DNA from: Minisyncoccota bacterium
GTDB lineage: Bacteria > Patescibacteriota > Minisyncoccia > Phycocordibacterales > JAQTLZ01
Assembly (NCBI GenBank): GCA_028714635.1
Contig: JAQTLZ010000002.1
Span: 121,841 to 185,840 of the forward strand
Length of the DNA stretch: 64,000 nt
Direction of reading: 5' to 3'
Shown here: positions 45,005 to 53,309 of the stretch, piece after piece
Layout of the letters: each line of letters begins with the position of its first letter
How positions within the stretch are numbered: the stretch's first letter is position 1
Program-made: the position numbers and the translations under genes
Notes under the pieces: model-generated
The model's database searches: none
Told to the model about the DNA's origin: nothing
Seen by the model: the letters and a program-made list of their open reading frames with translations, nothing else

Positions 45005-45032
45005 GAAAGGTGTACAGCTCCTGTAAGGAGGA
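45005..45032 (+). repeat. Conserved 25-nt motif, copy 2
   Basis: GCGAAAGGTGTACAGCTCCTGTAAGGAGG; 24/25 identical to copy 1 at 18186-18213. Lies in the 5' leader of metG. Confidence 0.5.
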
Positions 45033-45051
45033 ATATCAAAGACATAATTTC

Positions 45052-46482
45052 ATGGCAGAAAAGAAATCCTTTTATATCACGACGACTCTTCCGTACGTGA
45101 ATTCTGATCCACATATCGGTTTTGCCGCGGAAATTGTACACGCTGATATTCTGGCTCGCTACGCGCGTCTCATGGGCCAAAGCGTTTTCTTTAATACCGG
45201 TACGGATGAACATGGCATAAAAGTGTATCGAAAGGCCGAGGAAGAGGGAATTTCTACTCAAAAATATGTTGATGAAAAAGCAACGCATTTTGAAAGCCTA
45301 AAACTTTCTCTCAACTTGAGTTTCAATAGTTTTATTCGCACTACGGACGCGAAGCATAAAAAAGCGGCGGGAAGCTTTTGGGAGGCCTGTGCTGCTTCCG
45401 GCGACATCTACAAAAAAGCCTACAAAATTAAATATTGCGTCGGCTGTGAACTTGAAAAGACAGAATCGGAACTTATAAACGGCAGATGCGCGATACACCC
45501 GAATTTAGAGCTCGAGATTATTGAAGAAGAAAATTATTTTTTTAGATTTTCAAAATATCAGAAAGTGCTTCTGGATTTGTATGAAAAAAATCCAGAATTT
45601 GTTGTTCCGGCAACGCGTCTACACGAGATAAAAGCATTTGTTGAAAGGGGACTTGAAGATTTTTCAATTTCCCGTTTAAAAAGCAAAATGCCGTGGGGAG
45701 TGGATGTTCCTGGAGATGAAGAGCATGTTATGTACGTTTGGTTTGATGCACTTGTGAATTATATTGATGTTATCGGCTGGCCAGAAAATGAAACCGAATT
45801 TGCAAAATGGTGGCCAGGAATTCAAATCGCTGGGAAAGACAACCTTCGTCAGCAATCGGCAATGTGGCAGGCGATGCTTCTCTCCGCGGGGCTTCAAAAT
45901 TCAAAACAAATAATCCTTCGCGGGCACATAATTAGCGGCGGGCAAAAAATGTCCAAGTCCCTAGGCAATGTCATAAGCCCTACTGATCTGGTAAAAGAAT
46001 ACGGCACGGATGCTGTGCGCTATTTCCTTGCTAGGGAAGTGAATCCGTTTGAAGATAGTGATGTAACGCTCGAGCGTATTAAAGAAGCCTATAACGCGAA
46101 TCTTGCGAATGGCTTGGGGAATCTCGTCGCTCGAATAATGAAAATGGCACAAACAAATTTAGAAAAGGCGCCGAAAATTCCAGAGGATCCAATCCCAGAA
46201 ATATTTAAAAAAGCCATTGAAAAATACGATATAAAAACCGCGGCGGACTACGTATGGAAAGAAATCGCGGTGCTTGATTCGATCATTCAAGAAGAAGAGC
46301 CGTTCAAGCTTATAAAAACGAACAAAGCAGAGGCGATAACCATTATTGAAGATCTCTGCGTCCGTCTCTACACAATCGGCAGAATGTTAAATTCAATATT
46401 GCCCGAAACGTCAGAAAAAATTAAATCCGCGGTGAAGGCAAACAAAATGCCCGAAGTTTCTCTTTTTCCGAGGAAGGAATAA
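45052..46482 (+). CDS. metG: Methionyl-tRNA synthetase
   Basis: PYVNSDPHIGFA (HIGH-type), zinc knuckle CVGCE...CAIH, KMSKSLGN. Start set at MAEKK (45052); the ORF track extends to 45010. Confidence 0.95.
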   Translation: MAEKKSFYITTTLPYVNSDPHIGFAAEIVHADILARYARLMGQSVFFNTGTDEHGIKVYRKAEEEGISTQKYVDEKATHFESLKLSLNLSFNSFIRTTDAKHKKAAGSFWEACAASGDIYKKAYKIKYCVGCELEKTESELINGRCAIHPNLELEIIEEENYFFRFSKYQKVLLDLYEKNPEFVVPATRLHEIKAFVERGLEDFSISRLKSKMPWGVDVPGDEEHVMYVWFDALVNYIDVIGWPENETEFAKWWPGIQIAGKDNLRQQSAMWQAMLLSAGLQNSKQIILRGHIISGGQKMSKSLGNVISPTDLVKEYGTDAVRYFLAREVNPFEDSDVTLERIKEAYNANLANGLGNLVARIMKMAQTNLEKAPKIPEDPIPEIFKKAIEKYDIKTAADYVWKEIAVLDSIIQEEEPFKLIKTNKAEAITIIEDLCVRLYTIGRMLNSILPETSEKIKSAVKANKMPEVSLFPRKE

Positions 46483-46572
46483 AGCGAATATTGACAACAC
46501 TTTCTTTTTTCTATCTAATCTATCCAGTGAGCTGATGAATCAGCTTTGGCCTTTTGAGGAAGGGATTCCCCC

Positions 46573-47199
46573 ATGTTAGATAATTGGATCGCGGTGCTTT
46601 TCGTGGTAATGGCTGTTGTTCTATGTCTCGTCGTTCTGTACATTACGATCCTTGCCGTGAAGAATCCGAAGCTTACACTGAAGGCAACATTACGATTCCG
46701 GGAGTACGCAGATCTCGGGGTTCTGCAGGTACCGGCGGATTACAATCATAGGACGTATTTGGCATCCTGTGTTCAAAGGAATGGAGACGAGTGGGATTTC
46801 GATTCAGGTGCAACAGACGCTAATTTCCCGACGCCGAGTCGTATCTTGCGTCCAGGAGACAGGCTTCGTGTCCGAATTTGGGAGCAGATAGGAGGTACCA
46901 ACTCCCATACACGGATGGAGTTTCTCGATAGTCTCGGCGCCGTCTATCCGGGCGTTCAGGGTATTTGTCTCTTGTGTGAGGAGATGGAGCCGAAGTTGCC
47001 ACATCACCATTCCAATTTGTGGTTCGGCTCGTATGATCGGCCGGAGAACCTTTTTCAAGACGAGCGTGGTAATCAGATGTTTATGCGCGCGCTTGTCGTG
47101 AAAGATCCCGATTCGATCTTTCTGTGTCTCTGCTCATTCGGTTCCCCTTCGGATGACAATGAGATGGGACTTATCGTTTGTTTTACCGAAGCGGGCTAA
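46573..47199 (+). CDS. Hypothetical membrane-anchored protein (GC-rich island)
   Basis: N-terminal TM helix; Cys/His-containing soluble domain; no family recognised. Confidence 0.5.
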   Translation: MLDNWIAVLFVVMAVVLCLVVLYITILAVKNPKLTLKATLRFREYADLGVLQVPADYNHRTYLASCVQRNGDEWDFDSGATDANFPTPSRILRPGDRLRVRIWEQIGGTNSHTRMEFLDSLGAVYPGVQGICLLCEEMEPKLPHHHSNLWFGSYDRPENLFQDERGNQMFMRALVVKDPDSIFLCLCSFGSPSDDNEMGLIVCFTEAG

Positions 47200-47340
47200 G
47201 TGTCGCTTTGTGCACGAAACGTTTACTACTGAACCGCCTTTCCGAAAGGAATAGGAGGTTCTTTTATTTATTGGACAAAACTTCAGTTAGATCCTAGTAT
47301 TCTTAATAGGAAACGTGGTGTTTCCGGAAAGGAGTTTGCA

Positions 47341-47619
47341 TTGGAATACGAAATACAGTTGAAAGACAACTCGGTTCCTGGAACGCATCTGACATTACCA
47401 GGTTCCTACGAGTTCTTTGGCCCGTTCGGTTCCATCCAACAGGCTGAAGATCTTCTGAGAGCAAAAGGTTGGAGGCGGACAGAGCGTCTTGATCCCAACA
47501 TTTTGTGCGAGCCGATTATTGTGGAATGGCTGGGGTTGGCACCTCATTTGGTGATGACCATCAATACTATTCCAGAACGGTCTCGCAAATCTCCGGAAGT
47601 TTTGCCTGCTGCCGCGTGA
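47341..47619 (+). CDS. Hypothetical small protein (GC-rich island)
   Basis: 92-aa ORF followed by a terminator. Confidence 0.4.
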   Translation: MEYEIQLKDNSVPGTHLTLPGSYEFFGPFGSIQQAEDLLRAKGWRRTERLDPNILCEPIIVEWLGLAPHLVMTINTIPERSRKSPEVLPAAA

Positions 47620-47634
47620 AGTCTCAATTTTTCG

Positions 47635-47674
47635 AATGCCTGGCGTGAGTTCATCGCGCTAGGCATTTTATTTT
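47635..47674 (+). terminator. Intrinsic terminator
   Basis: AATGCCTGGCG-(9 nt)-CGCTAGGCATT (one G-U) then TTTATTTT. Confidence 0.7.
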
Positions 47675-47689
47675 GTTAAAATTGAGCGA

Positions 47690-48529
47690 ATGAAATTTCA
47701 ATTTGTAGATATTCATACTCATGTCAATTTTGTTGCGTTTGAGAAAGACCGTGAGGAGGTTATTCAACGTGCCTCGGATGCGGGAGTTGCGATGATAAAT
47801 GTTGGTACGCAGGTTGATACTTCAAAAAAGGCTATTGAGATGGCTGAGAAATATGAGAATTGTTACGCAATTGTCGGGCTTCACCCAGTTCATACTTCCA
47901 GATCTTTTCATGATGAAAAGGAACTAGGTGAAGGTGGAAAAGAATTTACTTCAAGAGGTGAGCAATTTGATACGAGCGTTTATCGAAGCATGCTGAAGCA
48001 TCCGAAAGTAGTGGGGATAGGGGAATGCGGACTCGACTACTATCATCTCGATGAGGAATCAATAAAAATCCAGCGGGAGAATTTCGAAATGCAGATTGAT
48101 TTGGCGAATGAAGCGGGGAAGTCCCTGATGCTTCATGTTCGCTCGAATAAAGAATCGGGGAAAAGTGCTTATAAAGATGCACTGGAGATTTTGAAAGCTC
48201 GGGCAAAAGTAAAAGGAAATTTTCATTTCTTTGCTGGCTCATGGGAAGAAGCAAAAGAAATTCTTGATTTTGGTTACACAATTTCTTTTACGGGGGTAAT
48301 TACGTTTGCCAGAGACTATGACGAAGTGATAAAAAACGCTCCGCTCGATATGATTATGTCCGAAACGGATGCTCCGTACGTTTCTCCCGCGCCATTTCGT
48401 GGAAAAAGAAACGAGCCTGCTCATGTGAGGGAAGTGGTGAAGAAAATTGCTGAAATTCGGGGAGAGGATTATGAGAAAGTACCAGCCCAGCTTGCCGAAA
48501 ACGCGGGACGCGTTTTCGGTCTTTGGTAA
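47690..48529 (+). CDS. tatD: TatD-family metal-dependent DNase/hydrolase
   Basis: DIHTHVNF, GECGLDYYH, LMLHVR, ETDAPY motifs. Confidence 0.9.
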   Translation: MKFQFVDIHTHVNFVAFEKDREEVIQRASDAGVAMINVGTQVDTSKKAIEMAEKYENCYAIVGLHPVHTSRSFHDEKELGEGGKEFTSRGEQFDTSVYRSMLKHPKVVGIGECGLDYYHLDEESIKIQRENFEMQIDLANEAGKSLMLHVRSNKESGKSAYKDALEILKARAKVKGNFHFFAGSWEEAKEILDFGYTISFTGVITFARDYDEVIKNAPLDMIMSETDAPYVSPAPFRGKRNEPAHVREVVKKIAEIRGEDYEKVPAQLAENAGRVFGLW

Positions 48530-48672
48530 TTGCAATAGGCCATTTCCTATGCTAATCTAGTGCCAACTCTCGCTAGATACGCCCTTACAGACGTATCTCA
48601 AAGGTCCATGGTGAGGGTCTTTGTTTTGCCAAAATTCTTGTCAAAACAAAATTAATCTTAACGATAAAACTC

Positions 48673-49182
48673 ATGAGTGAAATAGAAAAAGATGAAGCGG
48701 TAGAAAGTGAGGCGCGGATCTACGAAGTGGGCTACCACATCGTTCCGCTTGTAGCAGAGGAAAATGTTCCCAAAGAAGCAGGAGATGTAAAATTTCTTAT
48801 TGAAAAGCAAAAAGGAGTTATAATCTCTGAAGAGCTTCCAAGACTTCATCCTCTTGCGTACACGATTGCAAAAACGGTAGCAGGAAAGAAGCGTATCTTC
48901 GACAAGGCATATTTCGGTTGGATAAAATTTGAAGCAGACGCGACAGCGCTTCCAGCAATTAAGGAGGCGATGGAAGCAAATGAAAACGTGCTTCGGTTCT
49001 TACTTATTAAGACTGTTCGAGAGAACACGCTTGTATCTATGCAGAAAATCATTTCCCAAGCTCGAATGGATAAGGAAGGAGGGGAGAAGAAAGCTCCGGG
49101 AGTTGGCGCTACGGCGGAAAAAGACAAAAAGCCAGTTTCTGTAGAAGAATTGGATAAATCTATCGACGAACTCCTTAAATAA
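48673..49182 (+). CDS. rpsF: 30S ribosomal protein S6 (with acidic/Lys-rich C-terminal tail)
   Basis: S6 core pattern (YE.GYHIVP...RLHPLAYTIAKTVAGKKRIFDKAYFGWIKFEAD...VLRFLLIK). First gene of an rpsF-ssb-rpsR arrangement. Confidence 0.85.
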   Translation: MSEIEKDEAVESEARIYEVGYHIVPLVAEENVPKEAGDVKFLIEKQKGVIISEELPRLHPLAYTIAKTVAGKKRIFDKAYFGWIKFEADATALPAIKEAMEANENVLRFLLIKTVRENTLVSMQKIISQARMDKEGGEKKAPGVGATAEKDKKPVSVEELDKSIDELLK

Positions 49183-49321
49183 GTATGTATCCCGTAGTAG
49201 AATTTCAGGTTGTTCCAAGTTACTGGCAATAATCTACCACGGGAGTACAATGATGTTATTAAACATAAATTGATTTTGGGGAAGTTTTTGGAACAAAAAC
49301 GACCTAAAATTTCACTACGGG

Positions 49322-49798
49322 ATGTATCTCAACAAAGCATTCGTCATTGGAAATCTTACTCGCGATCCAGAAGTGCGTGCGCTTCCTTCAGGAATTCAGG
49401 TTTGCAGTTTCTCTGTAGCTACCAACTCTCGTTTTAAAGATAAAAGCGGAGCGTGGCAGGATAAAGCGGAATATCACAATATTGTGGTCTTCGGTAGATC
49501 TGCAGAGACAAGCGCACAGTATCTCAAAAAGGGAAGTAATGTGCTTGTGGAAGGCAGAATGCAGACACGAAGCTGGGATGACAAGGCAACAGGAGCAAAA
49601 AAGTATCGAACAGAGATCGTTGCAGAAAGAGTGCAGTTTGGGAATCGGCCAGCTGGCGGTGCAGGTGCTCCAATGGGAGGCTCTGCAGCAAGTACGGTCG
49701 CGCCAAAAGGCAAAGCTCCGGCAGGGGATGATGCTCCACCACTCGATACCATTCAGTATCCAGAAGAAGACATCAATACGGAAGATATTCCGTTCTAG
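49322..49798 (+). CDS. ssb: Single-stranded DNA-binding protein
   Basis: OB-fold N-domain (NKAFVIGNLTRDPEVR...), Gly/Ala/Pro-rich linker, C-terminal acidic tip ending DIPF. Confidence 0.95.
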   Translation: MYLNKAFVIGNLTRDPEVRALPSGIQVCSFSVATNSRFKDKSGAWQDKAEYHNIVVFGRSAETSAQYLKKGSNVLVEGRMQTRSWDDKATGAKKYRTEIVAERVQFGNRPAGGAGAPMGGSAASTVAPKGKAPAGDDAPPLDTIQYPEEDINTEDIPF

Positions 49799-49821
49799 TA
49801 TTAAAAATTAAATTTCAGATT

Positions 49822-50025
49822 ATGAATAAGCAATGTTTTTTCACCAGTAACAATATTAAATATATTGATTACAAGGATACAGAAATTCTCAAGAAATTTT
49901 TGAATCCTCATGCTCGAATGATTTCTCGAAAGAAATCAGGGGTGTGTTCAAAGAGCCAGAGACAGCTTGCAGAGGCTATTAAGCGAGCTCGATTTATGGC
50001 GCTTTTGCCGTATTTGACTCGATAA
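49822..50025 (+). CDS. rpsR: 30S ribosomal protein S18
   Basis: IDYKDTEILKKFLNPHARMISRKKSGVCSKSQRQLAEAIKRARFMALLPY: canonical S18. Confidence 0.9.
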   Translation: MNKQCFFTSNNIKYIDYKDTEILKKFLNPHARMISRKKSGVCSKSQRQLAEAIKRARFMALLPYLTR

Positions 50026-50060
50026 TCGTCAAGAGTAGTGAGAGAAAAAGAAAACGGCAC

Positions 50061-50684
50061 TCAGACGAGCTGCCGTTTTTCGATTTCTTCTGCCCATTTT
50101 TCGTAATGTGCTAGGAGAAGTCCGTCTGCCTTTTTATAGTACCAGAATTGACTGTAGAGAGTTAAAACTATTGCTATGACTCCTCCAATCACGCTGGTCC
50201 AGAATGCGGCAGTATGAATGTACTCTGGCGCGGTACTTCGTAGGACACCAACTGCTCCGATGAAAAGGTATTGAAATACTGCTTTCACTTTTCCCGGCAT
50301 GTCAGCATCGAAACTAATTCCGAGCTTCTCCATTCTCCACCTAAGTACCCCTATCTCTACTTCACGCTGCATTATGATTAGCGCAGTAGGTATTACCGGA
50401 AGGGGGTACTCCCAAGAGTAGTCATACAAGAGTTCAGCAGTGAAGATTTTATCCGAAATGGAATCAATCTGACCGCCAGACTTGCACTTTCCTCCCAGGC
50501 GCTTTGCGACTACGCCATCCAGTATGTCGCTCACCACAACTCCGAGCATTACCAGCAACACTTCCTTCCAACCTGCTTTGTGCAGGTTGAGGTAAATCAT
50601 GTAAGGCCCGAAGAAGACGGGCCGAGAGGCTGAGAGCACGAATGCGATCATTACAGCCACTATCCTGCCCGTCTTCCTTAGCAT
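50061..50684 (-). CDS. CDP-alcohol phosphatidyltransferase family protein
   Basis: DILDGVVAKRLGGKCKSGGQIDSISD fits D-G-x2-A-(R/K)-x8-G-x3-D-x3-D. Multiple TM helices. Confidence 0.85.
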   Translation of the reverse strand: MLRKTGRIVAVMIAFVLSASRPVFFGPYMIYLNLHKAGWKEVLLVMLGVVVSDILDGVVAKRLGGKCKSGGQIDSISDKIFTAELLYDYSWEYPLPVIPTALIIMQREVEIGVLRWRMEKLGISFDADMPGKVKAVFQYLFIGAVGVLRSTAPEYIHTAAFWTSVIGGVIAIVLTLYSQFWYYKKADGLLLAHYEKWAEEIEKRQLV

Positions 50685-50745
50685 TTTTTGGTCTCCGTGG
50701 GTTTTCTGAAAACTAATGTATCACAACAAAAAAATTAGTAAAATG

Positions 50746-50779
50746 AAAAAGCCCCGCCCTGAAAAGGGCGGGGCTTTTT
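50746..50779 (-). terminator. Intrinsic (bidirectional-type) terminator downstream of efp
   Basis: GCCCCGCCCT-GAAA-AGGGCGGGGC flanked by A5 and T5. Confidence 0.8.
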
Positions 50780-50786
50780 GTTCGTG

Positions 50787-51359
50787 TTAGTTATTAGCTC
50801 GCTCTACATAATCTCCTGTCTCGGTATTCACTCGGATAGTTTCACCTTCTTTAATAAAGAGGGGAACATTCACGGTTGCGCCATTCTCCAAAATCGCGAT
50901 CTTATTCGCACCGCTTGAGGTATTGCCTCGCACTGCATCAGGAGCTTCTTTTACTTTGAGTTCCACTTTGATAGGGAGCTTCACTCCGATAATCTTTTCA
51001 TCAAAAACCATCGCTTCAATAGTGGAGTTAGCTTTGAGAAATCTCCCGCCAGGGCCGATCATGTCAGCTGCAAGCTGGAATCGCTTTGAGGGGTCGTTTA
51101 CCTCGCAGAACCAGTACTCGCCCTTGTTCAAATAGAGGAATTTTACATCCTTGTAATCAATTTCCGCCTCTTCCACCTTATCTGTGGTGTGGTAGGAAAC
51201 TTCCGTTACTCGGCCGTTGATAAGGCTTTTGATCTTCACAGCATTCACCGGCTTTCGCTGTTGTTTACGGAAAACGTGAGAATCAATCACTTCAAAAGGC
51301 TCACCATCGTGAATAATGTATTTGTGAACTGTCGCTTCGTTGTATTCAAGCATTGCCAT
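50787..51359 (-). CDS. efp: Elongation factor P
   Basis: Three-domain EF-P pattern (KYIIHDGEPFEVIDSHVF...KIKSLINGRVTEV..., C-terminal OB domains). Confidence 0.9.
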   Translation of the reverse strand: MAMLEYNEATVHKYIIHDGEPFEVIDSHVFRKQQRKPVNAVKIKSLINGRVTEVSYHTTDKVEEAEIDYKDVKFLYLNKGEYWFCEVNDPSKRFQLAADMIGPGGRFLKANSTIEAMVFDEKIIGVKLPIKVELKVKEAPDAVRGNTSSGANKIAILENGATVNVPLFIKEGETIRVNTETGDYVERANN

Positions 51360-51472
51360 GGGAATAGGGTAGGCTTAATTCGTAATGCCAAGAGTTTACA
51401 GGAAAAACAGAAAAAGTCCATTAAAAACTCAAACCCAAGCCTTTTTGAATCCGCCGAGTTTGAAACCGGATT

Positions 51473-51748
51473 TCAGAAAAGGGGAAGTGCACTTGTACAC
51501 TCGAAAGCTCCATAAATCGACGTTTCGATAACTCCAAGTATTAAGAAAAAAAGCACTACACTAAGAAGTCCATAGGCAATGGACGTCGGTATATCTTTTC
51601 TCGAAGAGAACATTCCAAAGAAAACTATACCTAAACTCAAACAAGCAGCGAACACTGGCCAACTTGCACAGGAATGAAAAAAGAATTCTATACTTAAGAA
51701 AATCAATGACAATAATCCTCCAATAACTATCACTATCTTGCCTTTCAT
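51473..51748 (-). CDS. Hypothetical small membrane protein
   Basis: 91 aa with three hydrophobic helices, between recA and efp. Confidence 0.4.
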   Translation of the reverse strand: MKGKIVIVIGGLLSLIFLSIEFFFHSCASWPVFAACLSLGIVFFGMFSSRKDIPTSIAYGLLSVVLFFLILGVIETSIYGAFECTSALPLF

Positions 51749-51781
51749 AAATATGCACGTGAATTACATTCCTCTAATAAA

Positions 51782-52852
51782 CTACTCTTCCTTCTCTTCT
51801 GTACCCGTTGTCGGAGCTCCGTGCATCAAGAGGTAATTCTCATCAGCGAGATTTTTTGTGATTTCTTTGAGGATCGCTCCAGAGACTTTTTTGTTTTCTT
51901 TCAGAAATTGCCTTGTTGCATCATATCCTCGTCCGAGCTTTTCCTCGCCGTAGTTGTAGGATGTTCCGCTTTTTTTGATGATTCCCATTTTCTCTCCGAG
52001 TGCGATAAGTTCGCCTTCACGAGAAATTCCTTCATTGTACATAAGGTCGAATTCTGTTTGTTTGAATGGTGCCGCTACTTTATTCTTTACTACCTTTGCT
52101 CGCACGCGTCCTCCGACGATTTCCTCACCTTTTTTGATCTGGGCGATTCGGCGGATATCGATTCGTACCGATGTGTAGAATTTGAGCGCCTTTCCTCCCG
52201 GAGTTGTCTCTGGATTTCCAAACATGACTCCGATCTGCATTCGGATTTGGTTTATGAAAATGACGATGGTCTTTGAGTGGGCGACAATAGCGGTCAATTT
52301 GCGGAGCGCTTGCGACATAAGTCGAGCTTGCTTGCCGACGTGAGATTGTCCCATGTCTCCTTCAATTTCGTCTTTCGGTGTAAGAGCAGCGACAGAGTCG
52401 ATGACAATGACATCGATCTTTCCGCTTCGCACCAGCGATTCTACAATCTCGAGCGCTTGCTCTCCTGTGTCCGGCTGTGAAAGAAGAAGCTCTTTGATGT
52501 TTACGCCAAGCCGAGCAGAGTACTGTGGGTCCATCGCGTGTTCAGCGTCGATGAATGCGCAGATTCCGCCTTTCTTTTGCGCCTCTGCAATAACGTGAAG
52601 CGAGAGGGTGGTCTTTCCAGATGATTCGGGGCCGAAAATTTCGATGATTCTTCCTCGAGGAAGTCCTCCAATACCAAGTGCTGCATCAAGCCCGATAGAG
52701 CCGGTAGAGATAGCGTCTACGCTCACTTTAGGCCTGTCGCCAAGCTTCATGATCGCCTCATCGCCGAATTTGGTGCGAATCGCGTCCAATGTGTCTTCAA
52801 TATTCACCCCTATCTGTTTTGCCTCCTTTTTCTCCTTTTTTACGAATGCCAT
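51782..52852 (-). CDS. recA: Recombinase RecA
   Basis: Walker [10 protein letters not shown], RecA loops L1/L2 ([29 protein letters not shown]). Confidence 0.97.
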   Translation of the reverse strand: MAFVKKEKKEAKQIGVNIEDTLDAIRTKFGDEAIMKLGDRPKVSVDAISTGSIGLDAALGIGGLPRGRIIEIFGPESSGKTTLSLHVIAEAQKKGGICAFIDAEHAMDPQYSARLGVNIKELLLSQPDTGEQALEIVESLVRSGKIDVIVIDSVAALTPKDEIEGDMGQSHVGKQARLMSQALRKLTAIVAHSKTIVIFINQIRMQIGVMFGNPETTPGGKALKFYTSVRIDIRRIAQIKKGEEIVGGRVRAKVVKNKVAAPFKQTEFDLMYNEGISREGELIALGEKMGIIKKSGTSYNYGEEKLGRGYDATRQFLKENKKVSGAILKEITKNLADENYLLMHGAPTTGTEEKEE

Positions 52853-52949
52853 GTGTTTGTATGATCTGATAATGATAATAAAAGCTGTCGTTACAATCTT
52901 CCACTATTCTATCAAACGCTCGGTTTACCCGCCATAAATTTTTTCGTAT

Positions 52950-53309
52950 TTAATTTACGGCGGGTTTGTAAACTATTTGCAAAATTTTCTCTGCTGTTTT
53001 CTTAAATTGGTTCTCTACGCGGATTTTTATGATATTCAGTCCAGGCATAAGTACCCGCTCTTCTTTGAAGTTTCCGGCTTCGTCCATAACAATCGGATTA
53101 TCGTCGAGAGAAATATTTGTCGCGTCGGACACTTGTCCGGAAATAGTAATGGTCGAAGAGGCAACGGTCTCTCCGTCAATGGGGGAGGAGATTCTGATCT
53201 CGGGCCCGCTTAAAAGTTTTCTTGATTGATACCCTGCGTAGCCGAGAAATCCTGCCAAGAAGAGTATGACAAGGATCAATTTCACATAGAATTCTATCCC
53301 ACGTTTCAT
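52950..53309 (-). CDS. Hypothetical membrane-anchored beta-rich protein
   Basis: N-terminal TM; start overlaps the ftsK stop (TAATG coupling). Confidence 0.6.
   Translation of the reverse strand: MKRGIEFYVKLILVILFLAGFLGYAGYQSRKLLSGPEIRISSPIDGETVASSTITISGQVSDATNISLDDNPIVMDEAGNFKEERVLMPGLNIIKIRVENQFKKTAEKILQIVYKPAVN

Noticed and set aside
45010-45051. N-terminal extension MYSSCKEEYQRHNF on MetRS
   Set aside because: It coincides with the nucleotide-level conserved 25-nt motif in a different frame from copy 1, and MetRS homology starts at 45052, so it was treated as 5' leader.
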